Positions 25,185-32,000 of a stretch of DNA of 32,000 nt are shown piece after piece; within the stretch, counting starts at the first letter, position 1; each line of letters starts with the position of its first letter. Below the pieces are notes generated by a model. That model saw nothing but the letters and a program-made list of their open reading frames with translations, searched no databases and had not been told where the DNA came from. A program made the position numbers and the translations under genes. Source of the stretch: Candidatus Iainarchaeum sp. (lineage in GTDB: Archaea; Iainarchaeota; Iainarchaeia; Iainarchaeales; JAZDEL01); NCBI GenBank assembly GCA_043808785.1, contig JAZDEL010000004.1, forward strand, positions 1-32,000, in the 5' to 3' direction.

Positions 25185-25302
25185 CTGCCACGTGCTGCGC
25201 AGGGGCGCCCCTTGCCGCATCAGAACCCTTAGCCTGAACCATAAGAGAATGCACATGGGGAAATGGTTTAAATTCTTTGTTTTGCCCGACCAAAGGGAAA
25301 AG

Positions 25303-25311
25303 GCGGAACAC
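25303..25311. repeat. Left 9-bp target-site duplication (gcggaacac)
   Basis: The identical 9-mer at 25534-25542 directly abuts the other inverted-repeat terminus. Confidence 0.7.
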
Positions 25312-25533
25312 GGCTCTGTAGAAATAATTTATAAACAAACCAAAACCGTGGTTTGCGGTTTCCGCAAACCGCGGAAACCCGCGCTATTCGGGCGCACTAA
25401 TTGGGCATAGCCCAATTGTGCCCATTTGGCAGCAGCCAAATAGGGTGAGCCCGAATGCGCCCATTTTGCCGAGAGGCAAAATAGGGCGGTTTCGGCGGGT
25501 TTGTTTTTGGTTTTTTCACATTTCTACAGAACC
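25312..25533. mobile_element. MITE-like non-autonomous element (222 bp) with terminal inverted repeats and a hairpin-rich interior
   Basis: The terminal inverted repeats are ggctctgtagaaat (25312-25325) and atttctacagaacc (25520-25533), which match at 13 of 14 positions. They are flanked by a 9-bp direct repeat. The element has no ORF. The interior holds four strong hairpins and an oligo-T tract. Confidence 0.7.
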
Positions 25534-25542
25534 GCGGAACAC
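25534..25542. repeat. Right 9-bp target-site duplication (gcggaacac)
   Basis: See 25303-25311. Confidence 0.7.
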
Positions 25543-25578
25543 AAAAATCTTATTAATAAGAATGAACACTTCTTTATT

Positions 25579-26310
25579 ATGAGAAAAACTTATATTGCGC
25601 TTGTTTTGGTTATTGCCGCCGCGGCGCTGGTAATTATTGCCGCAAACCAGCAGCAGGGTTCGGGCAGCGCGGGCGCGGGGGGAACCGAAAGCGGGGAGGA
25701 ATACATAACCCTTCCCTCGGGGGATGAGATAGGCACAAAGGAGTACGAGACCGCGGGGGAAAGCGGGACAGGCGCGCCGGCGGGGCAGTACGTGCCCGCA
25801 AATGCGGATTACTGCACGGGCATGGAGGGATTTGAAAAGGATTCCTGCCTGACAACAACCGCTTCCGCTTTAGGCGATGCCGCACCTTGCGCATCCGTTG
25901 GGGCGTACGAGGAGAGGGGGCTCTGTTATATGGAGGCTGCGCTGAAGAGCGGAAATGCGGGGCTCTGCGGGCAGGCGGAGAGCTCCAAGGATGCGTGCTA
26001 TGCAGAGGCTGCGGTTTCATCTAATGATTATTCGCTTTGCATGAAGGCGGGCGTGGAACAGGATTACTGCCTTTACACTGTCGGGACGAGTTCGCTAAAT
26101 GCCGCGGCATGCGCAAACATAAGCCTGGCAGTACCCAAGGACAATTGCTATTTCATGGTTGCTTCGGGCAAGAATGACGTTTCCCTCTGCGGGAAGATGT
26201 CGCAGAGCGGGGATGTGTGCATAGCGGAAATCGCTTACAACACCGGCAACAGCGCGCTGTGCGAGCAGGCGAAGGACAAGGCCGAATGCTATGCCCAGCT
26301 CGAGGGGTGA
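25579..26310 (+). CDS. N-terminally membrane-anchored extracellular protein with seven cysteine-pair repeats
   Basis: The ATG at 25579 gives MRKTYIALVLVIAAAALVIIAA (TM anchor), then a G/E/S-rich linker. Fourteen Cys residues follow at a regular spacing of C-x(8-11)-C-x13-C, repeated seven times. A TATA-like ttattaataa lies at 25550-25559. Confidence 0.75.
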   Translation: MRKTYIALVLVIAAAALVIIAANQQQGSGSAGAGGTESGEEYITLPSGDEIGTKEYETAGESGTGAPAGQYVPANADYCTGMEGFEKDSCLTTTASALGDAAPCASVGAYEERGLCYMEAALKSGNAGLCGQAESSKDACYAEAAVSSNDYSLCMKAGVEQDYCLYTVGTSSLNAAACANISLAVPKDNCYFMVASGKNDVSLCGKMSQSGDVCIAEIAYNTGNSALCEQAKDKAECYAQLEG

Positions 26311-26315
26311 GTGGC

Positions 26316-27143
26316 ATGGCGAAACCCCCCAAACTTATCAAATACCCGCGAATTTACAACAGGGAGGGCGTTTTATGGCGCAAGCGCAGGAAAACTGGGC
26401 TGAATAAGGGCGTTGAAGAACACCTGCCAACTGAAAAGGCTGAAATCGACAAACACGTGGAACACCTAATTCACGAAGGCATTCCTCCGGCCGGGCCGCC
26501 GCACGGCGAGTCGCCGATTCCTTACGCTTTCGGGCTGATGGATGCAATAGCCTACAGGCAGGGGTTGCTGGAAGCGCGCAAGGGCGGTTTCGCGCTTTAC
26601 AGGTCGGATACGAGGACGCCGCAGTCGCGCGAGAAATTCAGTACTGCGGGGGTCACGATGGGCCCGAGCGGCGGCGGCAAGTGGAAAAACCGGATTCGCG
26701 GCGAGAACGCAAGAAGGGAGGTGCCAAGCTGGAACGAGGCAAGAAAGGCAAGGAAAGAGATAAAACAGCTGCGCGAACAGTTCCTCTCCCTTTCGATAAA
26801 AAGCAGGATTCCGCCGCAGCAGCTTATTGATGAATACAACAAAAACCTGAACATAGGCGGAAGGGCGCGGCATGTCGCCACAGCAAAGAGGCAGTGGTAC
26901 ACACTTTTCCTTACCAAGAAAATAACCATCGAGAAAAAGCCATGGACCGATGTCGATATGCTCGGGGTAAGGCTGCAGCCAATTGAGGAAAAGCAAAGAA
27001 CAGGCCAGATGTCTCCGGAAGATGTGAAAATGCTGGAAACAATGCGCAAGGGCCTTGAAGTTGAGGAGAAAAAGGCACACGACAATTTAGTGCAGATACG
27101 AAAGAAAAGAGCAGCCATTCCCGAGTTAAAAAATGCCGCGTAG
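26316..27143 (+). CDS. Orphan highly basic soluble protein (275 aa)
   Basis: The ATG at 26316 lies 5 nt after the upstream stop codon and is preceded by GGGGTGAGTGG. The protein is K/R-rich, has no TM segment, and matches no family I recognise. Confidence 0.6.
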   Translation: MAKPPKLIKYPRIYNREGVLWRKRRKTGLNKGVEEHLPTEKAEIDKHVEHLIHEGIPPAGPPHGESPIPYAFGLMDAIAYRQGLLEARKGGFALYRSDTRTPQSREKFSTAGVTMGPSGGGKWKNRIRGENARREVPSWNEARKARKEIKQLREQFLSLSIKSRIPPQQLIDEYNKNLNIGGRARHVATAKRQWYTLFLTKKITIEKKPWTDVDMLGVRLQPIEEKQRTGQMSPEDVKMLETMRKGLEVEEKKAHDNLVQIRKKRAAIPELKNAA

Positions 27144-27181
27144 GTTTTGCAGATGCATCATGCGCATGCCGCGGCAGCAGC

Positions 27182-30100
27182 CTATTCAGCAACGCTGCAC
27201 CGCGTCCGCCTGCTTCTTACGGCAACCATCACGCCCAGCAATGAGAGCAGGAACAGCAGGAGCATTCCGGGCTCCTCAGGCAATGAAGGCAAATCAAGCA
27301 AATTGGGCGAGGTGCTCCCTAAGTTAAGGTTCAGCACATTGCCGCTTGCCGTGGATGTTACTTCCCCGTTCGGAGCGACCTTTGTGGCAATGCCGTCCCT
27401 GAAAGCCTCGAGCAGGGGCAGCAGCTGCGCGTTCTCCGCATACCAAAGCCCTTTCTCGGGGTCGTACCAGAAAGAGCCGTTCCTTCCCTGCGCGCTGAGC
27501 AGGGTTTCCGGCTTGTTGTCAAAGGAAACCTGCGGAATGCCGTCCTTTACCCCGAAATCGAGGGTGTGCTGCTGCCCATCCTGATCGGTGAACGATATTC
27601 CTGTCGGGGTTTGCTTGAGGTCGTTTATGGCATAATCCTCATACTTTCCAGTCGCCTTGTCTATAACCCGCAGGAAAGGCTGGCACTCGGGATAAGTGCC
27701 GCTGTAGAGCACATACCGTTTATCCTCTGTTTCGAAAATCTGGAAAGGCCCCATGCTCCCGAGGGATTTGTTGAATGCCTCTACTTTTGCCTTGGAATAA
27801 TCGGATTCGTCGTTAGGCATTACCTCGAAATTAAGCGCGGGCTCAGGGCAGCCTGTTTCCGGGTTCACGGTGTCGGTGAGTTGTGTGCGCAGGCCCTGCG
27901 CGTCGTTCTGCCCGAGTATGCCTGCTGCATGGTGCCTGAGCCAGATGATTATGCAGCCGTCGGGCTTCACAACCATGGAGCCGTTAGCGAAGATTATGGA
28001 TTTGAGGGTTCCGACATCAGTAATTCCGTCGCTGGATTTGGAGAGGTTCAGCTGGTTGTCCGCGGAGAGAATAACCTTTGCATCGCTCCCTTCCGCAGCC
28101 CTGCGCGGCACCCCCTCGGCAACTATGCTGTCCTGCATGGGTTTTATGTTCGGGTGCGTGGAGCTCACAACGGTTTCAACATTGCCGAAAGCCTGTGAGA
28201 GGTTTTCGCCCTCCAGAGGCAGGCCTGTCTGCGCAAGCACGCCGTCCTGTATACACTTCAGCAGCCCCTGGTCAAGCACGGTGGCTTCTCCCCTTGCGTT
28301 TATCTCCATCGCCTTGCTGCCGTAGGCAGGCAGGCATGACACGGTAAGCCTGCGCGGTATGCTCTGGAAAGGCCCGTTGGAATTGAAAACATCGGCCATC
28401 CTTGTGAAATCCGGGCTCTCAACAATAGGCTTTCCGTCCCTGAGCAATTTGTCCTGCGCGAAATCGAATGTAAGTTCCGTGCCTGTCTCGCTGTCCTTTG
28501 TAACGGCTTTTCCCTCGGTCTTGTATTCCGATGCGTGCATTTCGCATCCCGCGCCGCACCAGAAGTAGAACAGTTTCCTTCCCGTGACCTGGCCGCTGCT
28601 CCTCCCCTGCAAGGTTAGGGTTGCCTGCACAATGTCGCTGTCCGTGGCGTTATTTGCGAACTTGTCTATTTCCGCCCCGAGTTTCTCCGCAGCCTCCTTA
28701 GTGAGGTCGTTTTCCGTATCCTGCCCCGCAAACGCGGCCTTGAACTTCTCGTTCAGGCCCGCAACAAAGTCCTGAACCTTTTGAGTGGAGAGTTCGGCTG
28801 TTGTCTGTTCCCCCTCCTTGCCCGCGGCACCTTCCTTCTCGCGCACGGGCACGAAGTAGTGCACGTAATACCCCTCATCATAATCCACGCAGTCCTGCAA
28901 TTTGGGCGCGATAAGGGTTTGTATCGCAACAGTGCTGAATATCCCGCCCCAGCTGAAAGTGAGGTAGGTTATCGCTTCCATCCCCGCCAGCAGCCCGCCT
29001 GAAGCGGAACCGAGCTTTGCAAACGCCTCATCGGGGACATCATAGAAAGGTATGCCTATCGGCGCGTCCTTGAAAAGCTTGCGCAGCGCGTCGCTGCATG
29101 TTGTTTCCTCCTGCTTTGCCTCGACCAAATCAATCTTGCCCCCGGCAACTGTATTGTCCCCCGAGGTTTCGCCCTTGAGGTTCGAGTGGTGCTCATATAT
29201 AATTATTGTCTGCCCTTTCTCTTTCGCCTCGTCGGTGCGCGTGTCCTCGAGGATGTAATTGTTTACTGGCGCGTTAACCTGGAAAAACGGGGAGAAGTCC
29301 TGCAGCTTTGTTGTCTTGAGCGTGAGCGTGCAGCCCGCGCATTCCTCCGCTGTGGAGGAGTACAAAGCGAGGTCCTCTGTTGTGCTGCGCAGCTCGTTCT
29401 TGGTGAGCGATTGGTACATGTCGTTGAGCGGGTTGAATTTTCCCGACACTTCGTTCATAATCGCGGCCCAAGGCAAATAATTCAGCACCTGCACGAAGAT
29501 GTCGCCCTGGTCCGAGCCCTCGTTTGCGAAGAAATCTATGTAAGCGTCGTCATAAACATCACCGTTGCCCTGGTATATGCTCAGTTCCTTCCAAGTGTCC
29601 GGCAGCTGGTACTGTGAAATGCTCTCGACACCGAACCCTTTCTTCACCCACCAGTAGCCGAAGGGGTATGCGGTCCACTTGATTCCGCCCTTGATGCTGA
29701 AATAGGATTTTATGAGTTCGTCCTCCTGCGCCATCAATTTGTCGAGGAAGGACCAGTAGCGCCTGCCTGCCCAGTTCCTTTCCTTCAGGGTGCCGAGTAT
29801 CTGGTCCATGTTGCCGTTCATCACGCGTATGTTGTTCCTCACCCTTGCGTTTGTCAGCCTTGCGCTAAAGCTTTCTGGCGTGAGCGCCTCCGCCTGCGCC
29901 CAGCCCCCTTTGTAAACCTCGACCTCCCCGACGCCGGAATGCTTGACCATATCCGCCGTGCCCTGGTTGAGCCTCACCCACCCGTGCTGCGGCAGGTTAA
30001 CCCAGACGTTCTCGTGCACCTGCGCGACCAGCTTGTCTACATCCGCCACGTGAACCTTGTACGCCAAGTCCGCCTTCGAAACGTCGAACTTGTAGAGCTG

Positions 30101-31867
30101 GATATAGCCCGTGTCTATGCCGTCCTTTACCACGGTTTCATACGTGCTCTGGTATTTGTAGGCTTCGTCCATGAACCCCTTCCAGTCCCCGTCATCCACA
30201 AACTTGTCCATTATCCTGCGGATGTGCCTCGGGTTCTCGTAGAGGTCTATCACCTCCCCCGAATTCATCTGCCTCACGCCGTAGTTGTAGAGCTGCGAAT
30301 TGGGGTGCCGGACAAAAAAGAAGGGCGCATCCGGCCTTAGCGGCCCGTCGTCCATCTGGTTCAGCCAGCGCGCGAACTGCCTGCCGTAATCCACATATGC
30401 CTGCCTTGCCACGCCTGAATTCGGGCCGTAAGCCTTGACAGCCTCGGCATAAGCCCTCTCGGCCATTGCGCTGTTCGCCTCCCCCGCCCCTATATAGGTG
30501 CGGAAGTCCTTCACAATCTTCACGAATTCGTGCTTCCTCTCCAGCGAGTTTATGGAATCGAGGTATCCGCCCGGGGAGGACATCTTGTTCCACCATGCCT
30601 GGAAATCGTTTGTCATAAAAATCGGGGCATTTGCAGTGCCGCCGACGTCGTTTGTAAGCTCGTCGAAGAACTTCCTGAAGCCGAACTTGTCTATGTTTGC
30701 CTGCGCCCTGTCCATCCTGAAATTGCTTATGAACGAGCCCGGCGATTCGAACTTCCGCCTGAATTTGTCCAGGTAGTTCTCAATAGTGCCCTTGAGGAAG
30801 CTGCGCCTGCCCACCCAGCCGAAAAGCTTTTTGGACCTGTAGAGCAGCTCGGGCCCGAAGTTTGAGACTGTGAGTTCCGAACTCATCCACGAGTTGAAAT
30901 ATTTGTCGAACATGCTGTAAGTGGAGAGCACGCAGGCAGAGCTGGTGCAGTTCGTTGCGAGCTTTGCCTCGAAGCTCCCGCCCTTTACCCGGATGCTGTT
31001 TTTTATGAGGTCGCTCTGCAGGCGCTGGGCAACCTTCATATTGAAAGTTTCCTTGTCCTCGCCCTGGAACGCGGATTTCAGTATGTCGTTTTCCTCGTCC
31101 GTGAATGCGGAAATTTTCACGTCCCCCTCCCAGAGGTTCTGCATGCTTTTCCAAACATTAACAAAATCCGCCTTTATTCCCGCTCCTGAATTCCTGTATT
31201 TCAGGTTCGCGCCGGAAACCGAGCATTTAGGGTCGGAGAGCTCTTCACAGCGCGCTGTGCGCAGGCTGTCCTCGAGCACTATGCCGTAAGCGAACGCCCC
31301 TTTTATGCTGTTGTTAAGGAACTGCGAAATTTCCCATGCGTCGAATTTCTCGTTCGGCTGTTCGACAATCGCGGCCTGCGGCTTCTCCGTATCCGTGATT
31401 TCCTTTTTCACGTCGCCCAGTTCGCGGCCCGGGTCGGTAAGCACGATCTTGTTCTGCTCAAGCTTGTCGCGGTCGGTGTCCGCCTGCGCGCCGGAGCTTA
31501 TCTCCCGCCCCACATACCCGTCCTTCAGGAGGTTCATTATGTTCTGCGATTCTTCGGGAGTGAGCGATTTGGTTTCGCAGGGCTTGCCTGTCCCTAAAGA
31601 GGGCATGCCTGCATCGGCGCCAGTGTCCCCGCCTATTGTTCCGTCGCCTGAAACAAAAGAGGGCTCGGTTGCATCAGTTGCATTTGCCTGCGCCTCGGTG
31701 CTACTAGGGGGGCTTGCCGTGAACGGGTCTGCAGGATTAGTGCCGCCGGAATCCGAACCGTCCTGAAAGAGCACGGGGTATGCGTAAACGCCCTGCACCA
31801 TGAGCATTATCATGCAGAGCGAGAAGAGCCTGATTTCCCAGAGTTCAAAATATTTTCTTTGCCCCAT
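27182..31867 (-). CDS. Giant orphan surface protein (1561 aa) with an N-terminal signal peptide and a PGF-CTERM-like C-terminal anchor
   Basis: The open frame is uninterrupted. The ATG at 31867 gives MGQRKYFELWEIRLFSLCMIMLMVQGVYA|YP, followed by a T/S/P/D/G-rich linker. No known domain was recognised. An internal hydrophobic segment lies at residues 955-990 (ORF-track numbering). The C-terminus is PEEPGMLLLFLLSLLGVMVAVRSRRTR. Confidence 0.85.
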   Translation of the reverse strand: MGQRKYFELWEIRLFSLCMIMLMVQGVYAYPVLFQDGSDSGGTNPADPFTASPPSSTEAQANATDATEPSFVSGDGTIGGDTGADAGMPSLGTGKPCETKSLTPEESQNIMNLLKDGYVGREISSGAQADTDRDKLEQNKIVLTDPGRELGDVKKEITDTEKPQAAIVEQPNEKFDAWEISQFLNNSIKGAFAYGIVLEDSLRTARCEELSDPKCSVSGANLKYRNSGAGIKADFVNVWKSMQNLWEGDVKISAFTDEENDILKSAFQGEDKETFNMKVAQRLQSDLIKNSIRVKGGSFEAKLATNCTSSACVLSTYSMFDKYFNSWMSSELTVSNFGPELLYRSKKLFGWVGRRSFLKGTIENYLDKFRRKFESPGSFISNFRMDRAQANIDKFGFRKFFDELTNDVGGTANAPIFMTNDFQAWWNKMSSPGGYLDSINSLERKHEFVKIVKDFRTYIGAGEANSAMAERAYAEAVKAYGPNSGVARQAYVDYGRQFARWLNQMDDGPLRPDAPFFFVRHPNSQLYNYGVRQMNSGEVIDLYENPRHIRRIMDKFVDDGDWKGFMDEAYKYQSTYETVVKDGIDTGYIQLYKFDVSKADLAYKVHVADVDKLVAQVHENVWVNLPQHGWVRLNQGTADMVKHSGVGEVEVYKGGWAQAEALTPESFSARLTNARVRNNIRVMNGNMDQILGTLKERNWAGRRYWSFLDKLMAQEDELIKSYFSIKGGIKWTAYPFGYWWVKKGFGVESISQYQLPDTWKELSIYQGNGDVYDDAYIDFFANEGSDQGDIFVQVLNYLPWAAIMNEVSGKFNPLNDMYQSLTKNELRSTTEDLALYSSTAEECAGCTLTLKTTKLQDFSPFFQVNAPVNNYILEDTRTDEAKEKGQTIIIYEHHSNLKGETSGDNTVAGGKIDLVEAKQEETTCSDALRKLFKDAPIGIPFYDVPDEAFAKLGSASGGLLAGMEAITYLTFSWGGIFSTVAIQTLIAPKLQDCVDYDEGYYVHYFVPVREKEGAAGKEGEQTTAELSTQKVQDFVAGLNEKFKAAFAGQDTENDLTKEAAEKLGAEIDKFANNATDSDIVQATLTLQGRSSGQVTGRKLFYFWCGAGCEMHASEYKTEGKAVTKDSETGTELTFDFAQDKLLRDGKPIVESPDFTRMADVFNSNGPFQSIPRRLTVSCLPAYGSKAMEINARGEATVLDQGLLKCIQDGVLAQTGLPLEGENLSQAFGNVETVVSSTHPNIKPMQDSIVAEGVPRRAAEGSDAKVILSADNQLNLSKSSDGITDVGTLKSIIFANGSMVVKPDGCIIIWLRHHAAGILGQNDAQGLRTQLTDTVNPETGCPEPALNFEVMPNDESDYSKAKVEAFNKSLGSMGPFQIFETEDKRYVLYSGTYPECQPFLRVIDKATGKYEDYAINDLKQTPTGISFTDQDGQQHTLDFGVKDGIPQVSFDNKPETLLSAQGRNGSFWYDPEKGLWYAENAQLLPLLEAFRDGIATKVAPNGEVTSTASGNVLNLNLGSTSPNLLDLPSLPEEPGMLLLFLLSLLGVMVAVRSRRTRCSVAE
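27200..27277 (-). other. Putative archaeosortase-type C-terminal sorting signal (PGF-CTERM-like)
   Basis: P-G-M is followed by a hydrophobic helix of about 17 residues and then RSRRTR, five residues from the stop codon. Confidence 0.5.
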
Positions 31868-31876
31868 AATCAAAAC

Positions 31877-32000
31877 CTAAAATGCATAAAATATAAGATA
31901 CAGGACCCCGAGCGGAACCCAGGGGAGCAGGAAAATCACCGCTGCGCAGGAGGCGAGAGTGACCGCGAGAACCGAAACATAAACCAGCGCATGGCGGTTC
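31877..32000 (-). CDS. Partial (3' end) hydrophobic membrane-protein ORF directly upstream of the giant gene
   Basis: The minus-strand frame reads ...ALVYVSVLAVTLASCAAVIFLLPWVPLGVLYLIFYAF*. Its stop codon is at 31877-31879, 9 nt before the giant gene's ATG. The ORF is truncated by the window edge. Confidence 0.45.
   Translation of the reverse strand, partial: NRHALVYVSVLAVTLASCAAVIFLLPWVPLGVLYLIFYAF

Noticed and set aside
25132-25338. 69-codon N-terminal extension of pdxS in the ORF track (start at 25338)
   Set aside because: Canonical PdxS aligns from the ATG at 25131. The extension runs into the MITE-like element and its TATA-like box, so it is very unlikely to be translated from 25338.
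25394-25486. Possible mini-CRISPR, because palindromic units recur at intervals of about 38 nt
   Set aside because: The units are not identical, there are only two or three of them, they abut one another without unique spacers, and no cas genes are present. They sit inside an element bounded by inverted repeats and a target duplication.
26466-27118. Two minus-strand ORFs (204 and 173 aa) opposite the basic-protein gene
   Set aside because: They are mutually overlapping shadow ORFs of a K/E/R-rich coding strand, with C/S/F/L-rich composition and no start context.
27566-31766. Multiple plus-strand ORFs of 60-210 aa inside the giant gene
   Set aside because: All are antisense fragments within a single uninterrupted 4.7-kb minus-strand frame. 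None has a recognisable motif or an upstream promoter or RBS.

Overview
This is most likely an archaeal chromosomal segment. Supporting features are a tRNA with a bulge-helix-bulge type intron, a PAC2 proteasome-assembly chaperone, a geranylgeranyl reductase, DUF1616 and DUF2116 proteins, a FlaI/PilB-type ATPase, and A/T-rich TATA-like boxes upstream of many starts. Assigning it to a small-genome, DPANN-like lineage is inference only. Gene packing is tight, with several overlapping stop/start junctions. Content in order: (1) an IS110-family insertion sequence at the left edge. (2) A translationally coupled trio of sugar-phosphate nucleotidyltransferase, divergent fold-type-II PLP enzyme and adenine phosphoribosyltransferase. 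(3) An MTA/5'-deoxyadenosine salvage set (MtnA isomerase, class II aldolase-fold protein, MTA phosphorylase), interrupted by an antisense GH99-like lipoprotein gene and a small ORF. (4) DUF4389 and DedA membrane proteins. (5) An 836-aa Ig/FN3-repeat surface protein. (6) A DUF1616-like protein and a geranylgeranyl reductase. (7) A small islet next to a tRNA: tRNA-Gln(CUG) with a non-canonical D-loop intron, a GIY-YIG protein, and a RelE/RHH toxin-antitoxin pair. (8) An orphan membrane protein and UppS. (9) A co-directional block with an orphan K/E-rich repeat protein, a small coiled-coil protein, DUF192, a Zn-ribbon protein, and a Tad-like type IV filament core (ATPase plus two half-size T2SSF platform proteins), followed by PAC2. 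(10) pdxS-pdxT, with a 25-nt repeat that duplicates the pdxS start region. (11) A 222-bp MITE-like element with terminal inverted repeats, a 9-bp target duplication and an internal array of strong hairpins. (12) A membrane-anchored protein with seven cysteine-pair repeats and an orphan basic protein. (13) A 1561-aa orphan surface protein with a PGF-CTERM-like C-terminal sorting signal, preceded by a partial membrane-protein ORF. No rRNA genes or CRISPR arrays were seen. All family assignments rest on motif recognition by eye, not on database searches.
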